From positions 32,001 to 96,000 of IMG/VR virus record IMGVR_UViG_3300046660_000385: DNA of 64,000 nucleotides. One strand, written 5' to 3'. The position numbers and the translations under genes are program-made. The stretch's first letter is position 1, and each line of letters begins with the position of its first letter. The DNA is from a virus. The notes beneath the pieces were generated by a model that did not search any database, was not told the DNA's origin, and was given only the letters and a program-made list of their open reading frames with translations. Below are positions 17,416 through 26,328 of the stretch, in pieces.

Positions 17416-17471
17416 GACGATTTCCAAAAAGCGGCAAGCCTAGCACAGTCCGCCCGCCATCCCCGTATCAG

Positions 17472-17494
17472 ACCCGCGCCCGCGGGTTTTTTTT
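17472..17494 (+). terminator. Rho-independent terminator-like hairpin upstream of scaffold
   Basis: ACCCGCG-CC-CGCGGG followed by T8. Confidence 0.6.
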
Positions 17495-17531
17495 CGCCCG
17501 CACCCCGCGGGTTTCACCCAGGAGTCAATCA

Positions 17532-18557
17532 ATGAGCGCTATCCAACCGGACGTGCAAAACGATGCAGCACCGGCAGCACCGGCAGTAGAACCGATCCCG
17601 CAGATCGCCGCGCGCGAAGCCGCGCTCGAGGCGCTTGAAGCGCGCCACCAGGCCGAAATGGCCGCCCAGAACGGCTGGCAACTGCCGGCAGATCCGCCGG
17701 CCGAGCCGGCCCCGGACCAGCTGTCGCAGCAGCTGAGCGACCCGGCCCCCGAGCCGGCGCCAAGCGCGCAGGCCGCGCCGGCCAAGGTCAAGGTCAAGAT
17801 CGACGGCGAGGAAACCGAAGTCGCGCTCGACGAGTTGACCCGCCAGTACCAGAAGAATTCCGCCGCCGACAAGCGCCTGGCCGAAGCCACCCGCTTGCTG
17901 CGCGAGGCCCAGGAGGCCGAGGCTGCGCGCCTGCTGCGCGAACAGCAGCTGCAGCAGTACCAGGAACAGCTGCAGCAGCAGCCGCAGCACCAGGAACCGA
18001 ACCCCGCGGACGTCGACGCCGTCGCCGCCCGCAAAGATTTCCTCAAGGCCCTCTTTGAGGGTGATGAAGAAAGTGCGCTCACCAAGCTGGACGAAATGTT
18101 GGCTGGACGGCAGCAGGCCCAAGCGGCCGCGCCCATCCTCGACGTCGACCAGATCGCCCAGGCGGTGACGCACAACGTGCAGCAAAAGCTCGTCGTAGAG
18201 AGTGTATTGACGCAGAACCGACACGACTATCCCGAGATGTATAGCGATCCCGATATGGAATCCCTGGCCCTGGCCAAGATCCAGCGCAAGCAGGCCGAAG
18301 AAGGCATCGACTTCTTCAGCGCGCTGGACACGGTCTCGAAGGAGCTGGCGACGAAGTTCAACTGGGGCGCCGTACAGGAACCGGGCCGCCGTGACGATCC
18401 TGCACCGACCACGTCCTCCCGAGCGCAAAAGCTGGAAGCAAAGAAGTCGATCGACAACGTCACGTCGATCAACACCAAAACCGCGCCCAACGAGCCACAG
18501 CCCGAGGATGCGTCCTCGATCATCGCCGCCATGAAGGCGGCCCGCGCTGGCGGCTAA
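17532..18557 (+). CDS. Capsid scaffolding protein
   Basis: Acidic/Pro N-terminus, VKVKIDGEETEVALDEL..QYQK motif, coiled coil; directly upstream of capsid gene. Confidence 0.82.
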   Translation: MSAIQPDVQNDAAPAAPAVEPIPQIAAREAALEALEARHQAEMAAQNGWQLPADPPAEPAPDQLSQQLSDPAPEPAPSAQAAPAKVKVKIDGEETEVALDELTRQYQKNSAADKRLAEATRLLREAQEAEAARLLREQQLQQYQEQLQQQPQHQEPNPADVDAVAARKDFLKALFEGDEESALTKLDEMLAGRQQAQAAAPILDVDQIAQAVTHNVQQKLVVESVLTQNRHDYPEMYSDPDMESLALAKIQRKQAEEGIDFFSALDTVSKELATKFNWGAVQEPGRRDDPAPTTSSRAQKLEAKKSIDNVTSINTKTAPNEPQPEDASSIIAAMKAARAGG

Positions 18558-18595
18558 GCGCAATCCATCATTTTTGCAATCTAAGGAGAAATATT

Positions 18596-19540
18596 ATGGC
18601 TGGTCAAGTATGGCTGACTAATTCGCTCGGCGGTTACATGTGGTCGCCGAACCTGTCGAAAGTTCTGCGCATGAGCGTGCAGCCCCTCACGAAATTCCGT
18701 CAATTCGCGGATATCAAGGACGCTGCAGTGCAAGGCAAGGGAATCGGCGAATCTTTCCACTGGAATATTTATTCCGATGTGGCAACTCAGGGCACGACCC
18801 TGACCGAGGGCACCGCGATGCCGACCACCAACTTCATCATCCAGCAAGGGACGATGACGGTGACGGAATTCGGAAATAGTGTCCCGTACACAAGCAAGCT
18901 GGATGACCTCTCTGAACAGCCGGTGAAGGAGATCATCGCCAAGGTCCTGAAGAACGACGCCAAGAAGGCGTTCGACATCGCGGCCGAGGCGCAGTTCAAC
19001 CTGACCCCGCTGCGCGTGGTCCCGACCGGCGGCACCTCGACCTCGTCGGTCACGCTGTCGACCAACGGCACCGCGGCCGCCGCCAACGGCGTTGCACTCG
19101 GCAAGAATCACGTCAAGGCAATCGTCGACGTGATGAAAGAACGCAACGTGCCGCCGTATACGGGCGATGACTACATCAGCCTGGCCCACCCGACCACGTT
19201 CCGCCAGCTCAAGAACGACCTGGAAGCCGTGCACCAGTACGTGGACGCGGGTTTCCAAATGATCTTGAACGGCGAAATCGGCAGATATGAATCGGTTCGC
19301 TTCGTCGAACAGACCAATATCGCCAAGGCGAACTGGGCCTCGGGCCTGTCCAACTGGGCGTATTTCTTCGGCAACGACACTGTCGCAGAAGGAATCGTTA
19401 TCCCGGAGGAAATGCGCGGAGCTATTCCCTCGGATTATGGCCGCTCGCGCGGAATCGCGTGGTACTACCTCGGCGGTTTCGGTATTATTCACAATCAACC
19501 GAAAAATGCGCGCATCTTCAAGTGGGATTCGGCATCCTGA
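18596..19540 (+). CDS. Major capsid protein (N4-gp56-like family)
   Basis: KFRQFAD, LTEGT, EFGNSVPYT, Y...AHP, GEIGRYESVRFVE, DYGR..GIAWY; strong AAGGAG RBS. Confidence 0.88.
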   Translation: MAGQVWLTNSLGGYMWSPNLSKVLRMSVQPLTKFRQFADIKDAAVQGKGIGESFHWNIYSDVATQGTTLTEGTAMPTTNFIIQQGTMTVTEFGNSVPYTSKLDDLSEQPVKEIIAKVLKNDAKKAFDIAAEAQFNLTPLRVVPTGGTSTSSVTLSTNGTAAAANGVALGKNHVKAIVDVMKERNVPPYTGDDYISLAHPTTFRQLKNDLEAVHQYVDAGFQMILNGEIGRYESVRFVEQTNIAKANWASGLSNWAYFFGNDTVAEGIVIPEEMRGAIPSDYGRSRGIAWYYLGGFGIIHNQPKNARIFKWDSAS

Positions 19541-19611
19541 CGCAATAATCTGCTAAACATGCCCATGACTTGTAGTTATGGACATGTAGTAGAAAACTTG
19601 CGCCAGAGCAG

Positions 19612-19657
19612 CGAAAAGGCCTTGCCCCTACCTTCCGGCGGGGCAACGGCTTTTTCG
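19612..19657 (+). terminator. Terminator hairpin after capsid gene
   Basis: CGAAAAGGCC-TTGCCCC...GGGGCAA-CGGCTTTTTCG. Confidence 0.7.
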
Positions 19658-19684
19658 TGACAGCCATTTCTTACGGAGGTCGCC

Positions 19685-19936
19685 ATGACCATCGAAAACA
19701 GCGAACTGAACAAGAGCGGCCCGCTCAAATCGTCAAATTCCTCATTTGACGGCGCCAGCGGCACCGGCAACGATCCGCCGCAGGCCGACCTGGCCCAGGG
19801 CTTCAGCCACCTGCCCGACCCCGAAAAGGTCCCGCACTGGCTACCGCAGAACGCCGACGACGGCGAGAACTATGTCGGCGAGATCTTCGGCGAACGCGGC
19901 GGCTTCGCCGGCCGCCCACGCGGCAACGAACGTTAA
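19685..19936 (+). CDS. Hypothetical protein, 83 aa
   Basis: GGAGG RBS. Confidence 0.7.
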   Translation: MTIENSELNKSGPLKSSNSSFDGASGTGNDPPQADLAQGFSHLPDPEKVPHWLPQNADDGENYVGEIFGERGGFAGRPRGNER

Positions 19937-19952
19937 TCCCAAGGAGAACAGC

Positions 19953-20195
19953 ATGTCCGAATCGAACTACAAGCCGGACGGCACCGGCGTCGTCATGGGC
20001 GACAAGAAGCCGGTCCCGGATCGCGGCACCAGCACCGGCATGACCGGCATCAAGACCGACCTCGGCGGCATGAGCATCGACGTCGACGCCACCAACAGCA
20101 TGGGCGCCGTCGGCGACACCGGCAGCGACCCGATGGACCAGTGCTACGCACCGGACCCGACCTTCGGCAAGACCAGCCACAGCTTCAAGGAGTAA
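19953..20195 (+). CDS. Hypothetical protein, 80 aa (MSESNYKPDG...)
   Basis: AAGGAG RBS. Confidence 0.75.
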   Translation: MSESNYKPDGTGVVMGDKKPVPDRGTSTGMTGIKTDLGGMSIDVDATNSMGAVGDTGSDPMDQCYAPDPTFGKTSHSFKE

Positions 20196-20199
20196 GCAC

Positions 20200-20400
20200 A
20201 TGGCCGACTTCGACCGCAACAAGCCGTACGCGCAGATCGTGAACGACGACGAGGGCCGCTGCTTCGAGCAGAACGGGGCCTACTTCACCGCCGACGGCAA
20301 GGCCTGGACCGCGCCCGGCGCCGAGGCCCCGGCCCCGGCCCCCAAGGCCAAGAAGGGCGCCGCCACCCAGCTCGACGCCCAGCTGCAGGAGCCAGCTTGA
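20200..20400 (+). CDS. Hypothetical protein, 66 aa
   Basis: AAGGAG RBS; FEQNGAYFTADG. Confidence 0.75.
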   Translation: MADFDRNKPYAQIVNDDEGRCFEQNGAYFTADGKAWTAPGAEAPAPAPKAKKGAATQLDAQLQEPA

Positions 20401-21998
20401 CCTGGCGCCCGGATGACCCGACGGGCGACGAAGCCCGCAAGGTGGTCTGGGACGTCGTGCAGTACCTGCGCGGCACCGTGCTCGATCTCGGGTGCGGTCC
20501 GCGCAAGGTGCTGCCGCATGTCGTCGGCGTCGATTCCTGCGCCGACACGGCCCTGTTCGGCATCCCGATCCGCCCCGACGTCAAGGTCGACGACTGCGCC
20601 GACCTGGCCGACTTCGAGTCCGCGGCCGTGGACGCCGTGTTCTCCTCGCACCTGCTGGAACACATCGCCGACACCGGCAAAGCCCTCGCCGAATGGTGGC
20701 GCGTCCTGAAACCGGGCGGCCACCTGGTGCTGTACCTGCCGCACCGCGACCTGTACCCGAACATCGGCACCGAGGGCGCCAACCCCGACCACAAGCACGA
20801 TTTTTCTCCCGACGACGTGCTCGGCCACATCGCCAGCGTGGCCGCCGGCAGCCAGACCGGCATGGACGTGCTGGTCAACGAGACGCGCGACCAGGGCATG
20901 GAATACAGTTTCCTCCTCGTCGTCCAGAAGCTGGCCGAGGTCGACTGCCGCTCAAGCTACAAGAAGCCGCGCCCCGAGAAAACGGCGGCCGTGTTCCGCT
21001 GCGGCGGCTTCGGCGACATGATCCAGATGGCCAACATCCTGCCGCAGCTGCGCCGCGAGGGATACCACGTCACCGTCATCACCACGCCGTCCGGCCAGGA
21101 CATCGTCAAGCACGACCCGCACATCGACGACTTCGTGATCCTCGACCCGGACCTGGTGCCAAACCACGAGCTGCCGCTGTACTGGGAAGCCGTCAGCCGC
21201 CGCTACGACAAGTTCATCCAGCTGTCGGAGTCCGTCGAAGGGACCTTGCTCGCCATGCCGGGCCGCGCCAACCACATGTGGCCGCAGAGCGTGCGCCAGG
21301 TGGTGCTGAACAAGAACTACCTTGAGTGGACCAGCTTCATGTGCGAGCTGCCGTACTACTCCGAGGCCCGGTTCTACCCGGCCCCCGAAGAAGCCGGCAA
21401 GGCGCGCGGCTTCCTGACCGCGATCCAGCTGTTGCGCGCGCCGAAGGACCTGATGATCGGCGTGCCGACCCCGAAGGTGTTCACCATCATGTGGGCGCTG
21501 GCCGGCTCATCCGTCCACAAGTGGTCGCCCCACATGGATAGCGTCATCAGCCGCGTGCTGCTCGACATGCCCGAGGCGGTCGTGATCCTGACCGGCGACG
21601 AGGCCTGCCAGGTGCTCGAGTGCGGCTGGGAACTGGAACCGCGCGTGTACCGCGAATCCGGCAAGCAGACGATCCGCGAGACCCTCGCGCTGGCCCAGAA
21701 GGTGGATCTGGTGATCGGCCCGGAGACGGGCGTGCTGAACGCCGTCGCGTTCGAGGCCGACGTCGCCAAGCTCATCATGCTCTCGCACAGCTCGCGCGAG
21801 AACCTGACCAAGCACTGGGACAACACCATCACGCTCGAACCGAAAGGCACAGCTTGTTTCCCGTGCCACCGCCTGCATTATGGATCAGCATACTGCACCA
21901 CTGACGCGGCCACCGGCGCGGCCCAGTGCCAGGTCGACATCAGCGCGGCCGCGATCTTCGAGGCGATCAAGACCGTCTACGACGACTGGAAGGAGTGA
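20397..21998 (+). CDS. Fusion of class I SAM methyltransferase and glycosyltransferase family 9 (heptosyltransferase-like)
   Basis: VLDLGCG, VFSSHLLEH, EWWRVLKPGGHL; then GGFGDMI, DLVIGPETGVLNAVA, CFPCH..C..C. Confidence 0.85.
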   Translation: MTWRPDDPTGDEARKVVWDVVQYLRGTVLDLGCGPRKVLPHVVGVDSCADTALFGIPIRPDVKVDDCADLADFESAAVDAVFSSHLLEHIADTGKALAEWWRVLKPGGHLVLYLPHRDLYPNIGTEGANPDHKHDFSPDDVLGHIASVAAGSQTGMDVLVNETRDQGMEYSFLLVVQKLAEVDCRSSYKKPRPEKTAAVFRCGGFGDMIQMANILPQLRREGYHVTVITTPSGQDIVKHDPHIDDFVILDPDLVPNHELPLYWEAVSRRYDKFIQLSESVEGTLLAMPGRANHMWPQSVRQVVLNKNYLEWTSFMCELPYYSEARFYPAPEEAGKARGFLTAIQLLRAPKDLMIGVPTPKVFTIMWALAGSSVHKWSPHMDSVISRVLLDMPEAVVILTGDEACQVLECGWELEPRVYRESGKQTIRETLALAQKVDLVIGPETGVLNAVAFEADVAKLIMLSHSSRENLTKHWDNTITLEPKGTACFPCHRLHYGSAYCTTDAATGAAQCQVDISAAAIFEAIKTVYDDWKE

Positions 21999-22002
21999 AC
22001 CC

Positions 22003-22659
22003 ATGACCCTGCAGGACCTCATCACCCTGTTTCGCAACGAGGCCGACGACGCCACCGAACCGTACCTGTGGAGCGACGACGAAGTCACCGAGTTCGCCAA
22101 CGACGCCGAGAACGAGGCCTGCCGGCGTGCGCGCCTGATCGTCGATTCCGGCTCTGCCGTGACCCAGCTGCTGGTCGACCCGATCCAGGGCGGCCTGGTG
22201 CGGCTCGACCCGGCCGTGATCTTCGTGCGCCGCGCCAAGATCGACGGCGGCCGTCCGCTGCACCGCATGGCGCTGCGCGACATGGATGCGCACAACCCGT
22301 ACTGGCAGAACGCGCAGCCCGGCCGGCCGCTGGCCTTCATCCCCGACCTCGATACCGGCGCGCTGCAGCTGCACCCGGCGCCCGCCGAGGAGGGCCTGCT
22401 GCGCCTGACCGTGATACGCACGCCGCTGGTCGAGATGAAGGGCATGGAGGACAGCCCGGAGATCGCCCCGCGCTTCCACCGCGCGCTGCGCTACTGGATG
22501 CTGTACCGCGCGTACAGCAAGCAGGACGCCCAGGCCAACGACCCGAAAAAGGCCGCCGATTCGCTGGCCCTGTTCGAGCAGGAGTTCGGCAAGAAGTCCT
22601 CGGCGATCGACGAGACCTGGATCGCGCGCGAGCAGCTCGACCACGACGGCACCTATTAA
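22003..22659 (+). CDS. Head-tail adaptor/connector protein
   Basis: LITLFR...DD..PYLWSD.E...FANDA..EACRR; PEI..RFH.AL..W..YRAYSKQD. Confidence 0.78.
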   Translation: MTLQDLITLFRNEADDATEPYLWSDDEVTEFANDAENEACRRARLIVDSGSAVTQLLVDPIQGGLVRLDPAVIFVRRAKIDGGRPLHRMALRDMDAHNPYWQNAQPGRPLAFIPDLDTGALQLHPAPAEEGLLRLTVIRTPLVEMKGMEDSPEIAPRFHRALRYWMLYRAYSKQDAQANDPKKAADSLALFEQEFGKKSSAIDETWIAREQLDHDGTY

Positions 22660-22922
22660 CCCACCCGGAGGCAATCATGCAGGCAAGACTGAGACCGAAC
22701 AAGAAATGCGGCTGCACCCTGGAACAGGCCGTGTTCCTCATCCTGCTGTGGAACGCCTGTGTACGCGCGGCTCGCTAAGGCCTGGGCCGCGGCCGTCGAC
22801 CGCACCCTCGACCTGCTCTGGGACGTGACGCTGCCGGTGTCGACCCGCTGCCCGGTGTGCGCGTTCTGGCGCGGCGTCGCCCTCGGCGGCGTGTCGATGC
22901 TCGTGATCGAAGGGATCGCCCG

Positions 22923-24128
22923 GTGAAACCGATCCAGATCAAGGGTTTCCGCGGGATCAACAACCTGCAGGGACCCGAGTCGATCCAGGCGGTCCCGGGC
23001 CGCGACGATCCGCTGGTCGAGCTGGCCGACGCCGTCAACGTCGACATCGACGACCGCGGCGGCCTGCGCCGGCGCCTCGGCCAGTCGCTCCTGATCCCGG
23101 GCGAAGCCCATTCGCTGTACGCGGACGGCGAGCACTGCGTGTATATCCAGGGCGACATGATGTATTCGCTCGACCGCTCGATGGTGCCGACCGCCGTGGC
23201 GATGGGCCTCGACCCACTGCCGATGGCGTACGTCACGGTCGGCAACCGGGTCTACCACACCAACGGCAGCGACTCGGCCGTGTTCGAGGACGGCTACGTG
23301 CGCAGCTGGGGCATCCCGCTCGCCGCGACCGCCGTCGCCGCGTCCGCCACCCTCGGGCACCTGCCGGCCGGCGCCTACCTGTTCGCCATGACCCTGCTGC
23401 GCGAGGATGGCCAGGAGTCCGGCACCGGCATGGCCGGCCGCATCGACCTGCCCGACAACAGCGGCCTGGTGTTTTCGTGGGACGTCCCGCGCGACCCCGG
23501 GATCATGCGCGCCGTGCTGTACCTGTCGCAGGCCGACGCCGAGACCCTGTTCCTGGCGGCCGAGGCTGATGCCGGCGCCGGCCAGTATACGTATACAGGC
23601 GGGCCGCGCTCGATCCCGCTGGCCACCCAGTGGCTGGACCAGCCACCCGCCGGCCGCGCGCTGGCGTTCTACAAGGGCCGGATCTACATCGCCCGCGGCG
23701 AATTCCTCTACGCCACCACGGCCCTGTCCTATGAGCACTGCGACCTGCGCGACTACCGCGCGATCGACGGCAGCGCGATCCTGCTGCTGGCCGCCGTGGA
23801 GTCCGGCCTGTTCGTCTCGACCTCCCACGCCGTGTACTTCCTGTCCGGCAGCAGCTTCGGCGAGGGCGCGCTGGTCAAGAAGCTCGACGTGCCGGCCGTG
23901 GCCGGCTCGATGGTCCACGGCGACGCCGGCGAGATCCTCGGCAACCCGCAGCTGGCCGGCCAGGTGGCCGCCATGTTCGCCACCAGCCTCGGGATCGTGC
24001 TCGGCCTGCCCGACGGCACCATCCTGAACCTGACCGGCGAGCGCTACCAGCTGCCGCCCGTGCGCAGCGGCGCCGCCCTGCTGCGCCCCGGCCCCGACCA
24101 CCACTACCTGCTCGCGCTCGACGCCTAG
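22923..24128 (+). CDS. Tail nozzle/stabilisation-like virion protein
   Basis: GTG start; FRGINN...ADAVNVDIDDRGGLRRR, beta-rich; follows adaptor. Confidence 0.65.
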   Translation: MKPIQIKGFRGINNLQGPESIQAVPGRDDPLVELADAVNVDIDDRGGLRRRLGQSLLIPGEAHSLYADGEHCVYIQGDMMYSLDRSMVPTAVAMGLDPLPMAYVTVGNRVYHTNGSDSAVFEDGYVRSWGIPLAATAVAASATLGHLPAGAYLFAMTLLREDGQESGTGMAGRIDLPDNSGLVFSWDVPRDPGIMRAVLYLSQADAETLFLAAEADAGAGQYTYTGGPRSIPLATQWLDQPPAGRALAFYKGRIYIARGEFLYATTALSYEHCDLRDYRAIDGSAILLLAAVESGLFVSTSHAVYFLSGSSFGEGALVKKLDVPAVAGSMVHGDAGEILGNPQLAGQVAAMFATSLGIVLGLPDGTILNLTGERYQLPPVRSGAALLRPGPDHHYLLALDA

Positions 24129-24206
24129 CACAGCGTTCAACGCTGTCAAGTCCTGAATTCGGTACTGAACTGGCTTCGTACCGAATTCAGTTCGCTTTCC
24201 CCAAGC

Positions 24207-24235
24207 AGCCCCGCATCCAGCGGGGCTTTTTTTTT
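24207..24235 (+). terminator. Rho-independent terminator
   Basis: AGCCCCGC-ATCCA-GCGGGGC followed by T9. Confidence 0.75.
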
Positions 24236-24270
24236 GCCCCGCTGACGGGGTTGACCCAAGGAGATTCACC

Positions 24271-25041
24271 ATGACGCTGCGCCTCTCGACCGCCGCCCGC
24301 GACTACATCAATAGCGCCGGTTCCCTGAAAGCCGCCTTCCAGGACGGCCAGATCCAGATCTATTCCGGCTCGCAGCCGCCCAGCGCGGACGCCGCGCCCA
24401 CCGGCACCCTGCTGTGCACCGTCACCGCCAGCTCGGCCGCCCGCACCGCCGAGGTGCTGGCCACCGGCACCGTAACCCTGTCCGGCAGCGCCGGCTCGGT
24501 CAACAGCGTCACCGTCGACGGCGTCTCGGTCATGGACGTGGCCGTGCCGTTCACCACCGACCTGACCACCACCGCCGCGCTGGTGGCCGCCGCGATCAAT
24601 GCCGCGCGCTCGGTGCCGGACTACACGGCGACGTCGGCCGGCGCGGTTGTCACGATTTCCGCCCCGCGTGGCATGGGCCTGGCCGCCAACGGCCTGGTCG
24701 TGGCCGCCGACGCCACCACCATGACCGCCACCGTGGCACCGATGTCCGGCGGCGTCACCGCCGCCAACGGCCTGAAATTCAGCGCGTCCAGCGGCGGCGT
24801 AGTCTCGAAACTGGACAGCCAGGCCTGGTCCGGCGTGGCGGTGGCAAGCGGCACTGCCGGCTGGTTCCGCTTCACCGGCTCGGTGGCCGACTCGGGCGCG
24901 GTCGACTCCACCGCCAGCCAGGTCCGCATGGACGGCGCGATCTCGACCTCGGGCGCGCAGCTGAACATGTCGAGCACCCTGCTCACCTCGGGCGCCACGC
25001 AGACCATCGCCAGCTTCCCGATCACCCTGCCGAGCGCATAA
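24271..25041 (+). CDS. Virion structural protein (tail/fibre-associated), Ala/Thr/Ser-rich
   Basis: LRLSTAARD, IYSGSQP.SADAAPTGTLL, ASGTAGWFR, RMDG; AAGGAG RBS. Confidence 0.75.
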   Translation: MTLRLSTAARDYINSAGSLKAAFQDGQIQIYSGSQPPSADAAPTGTLLCTVTASSAARTAEVLATGTVTLSGSAGSVNSVTVDGVSVMDVAVPFTTDLTTTAALVAAAINAARSVPDYTATSAGAVVTISAPRGMGLAANGLVVAADATTMTATVAPMSGGVTAANGLKFSASSGGVVSKLDSQAWSGVAVASGTAGWFRFTGSVADSGAVDSTASQVRMDGAISTSGAQLNMSSTLLTSGATQTIASFPITLPSA

Positions 25042-25053
25042 GGGGAGGCGCGC

Positions 25054-26328
25054 ATGGCGACCGACGGCAACATCAACCTGGGCGACCTGAGCGGGAAGGT
25101 CACGCCGTTCCTGCTGGCAGGGTCGCTTGAGTCGGCGCTGCCGTTGCCGCCGTTCGCGCTCGACGCCACCGGCGAGACCGGCCAGGCGTTCGAGGGGTTC
25201 GCGCCGGCCCTGCAGCTGGCGGCGTTCAGCGGCGACGGCGGCATGGCCGACGGCATGGTGCTGCGCGCGCCGCGCCTGCAGGCGCTGGCGGTCGCCGGTG
25301 CCAGCATCAACGCGATCCTCGCCCTGCCGGCCTTTGGCGCGGCCGGCTCGCTCGACGGGCCACTGGCCCTGCCGCCCCTGGCCCTCTCGGCCAGCGGCGC
25401 CGCCGGCGCCACCGCCCAGGGCGCGCTGGCGCTGTCCGCGTTCCAGCTGGCGGCGCAGGCGATCGACCACGCCGCCCTCGCGCTGCCGCCGTTCGATCTG
25501 GCCGGCGCGATGCTGGCGGGACAGCTGGCGCGCGGGCAAAGCCAGCTGGCCGGCTGGATTCTGGACGCCGAGGCCTGGCGTGACACCCTTGCCAGCGGCC
25601 AGGCCCAGCTGCCGCTGCTGCAGTTGCAGGCGGTCGGGCGCGCCGACAGCGCGATCGACGCCGTCATCACCCTGAGCGCCCCGGAACTGGCCGCCGCCGC
25701 CGTCAGCGGCAGCGTGGCCACCGCTTCCCTGACCGTGCCGCTGTATGCCAGCGCGGCGGACGGCGAGGGCGGCCCCGGCGCCATCGCCGAGATCATCGGC
25801 AGCGCGACCGTGCTGCTGCCGGCGTTCGGCGCCAGCGCCGTCACCGTGCACCTGGCCCGCCCGGCCGCCGCCGCCGTGCTGCTCAACACGCGCATCAAGG
25901 GCGTCACCCGCTACGAGGGCCTGGCCGCCAACAGTTTCGCCACCTTCGCCGGGGTCCAGCTGGCCGCCACCCCCGACGGGATCGTCGCGCTGATGGGCGA
26001 GACCGATCTCGGATTCCCGATAACGGCCAGCATCACGGCCGGCACCAGCGACTTCGGCGCTGCCGAGAGGAAGCGGATCGAGGCCGGCTACGTCGGCTAC
26101 CGGGCCGGCGGCGACATGGAACTGACGCTTATCACCGACGAACACCACGAATACACCTACCGGCTCGCCGCGCGCCAGATGGCCGATGCGATTCACGGCA
26201 ATCGCGTGAAATTCGGCCGTGGCGTGGACGGCCGCTACTGGCAGTGGAAGCTGGCCAACACGGGCGGCGGCGCGTTCGAGCTGGCCAGCGTGCAGCTGGA
26301 CGTGGTTCCCCTGTCGCGCAGCGTATGA
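25054..26328 (+). CDS. Virion structural protein with Ala/Leu repeats and conserved C-terminal domain
   Basis: LxLPx repeats; SDFG...KRI..GY; RVKFGRG..GRYWQW. Confidence 0.75.
   Translation: MATDGNINLGDLSGKVTPFLLAGSLESALPLPPFALDATGETGQAFEGFAPALQLAAFSGDGGMADGMVLRAPRLQALAVAGASINAILALPAFGAAGSLDGPLALPPLALSASGAAGATAQGALALSAFQLAAQAIDHAALALPPFDLAGAMLAGQLARGQSQLAGWILDAEAWRDTLASGQAQLPLLQLQAVGRADSAIDAVITLSAPELAAAAVSGSVATASLTVPLYASAADGEGGPGAIAEIIGSATVLLPAFGASAVTVHLARPAAAAVLLNTRIKGVTRYEGLAANSFATFAGVQLAATPDGIVALMGETDLGFPITASITAGTSDFGAAERKRIEAGYVGYRAGGDMELTLITDEHHEYTYRLAARQMADAIHGNRVKFGRGVDGRYWQWKLANTGGGAFELASVQLDVVPLSRSV

Noticed and set aside
18581-19498. 305-aa antisense ORF over the capsid gene
   Set aside because: No RBS or motifs; shadow ORF
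22677-22926. Two tiny plus-strand ORFs between adaptor and nozzle-like gene
   Set aside because: Plausible (GGAGG before 22677; hydrophobic CPVC ORF ending 22926) but too short to call confidently
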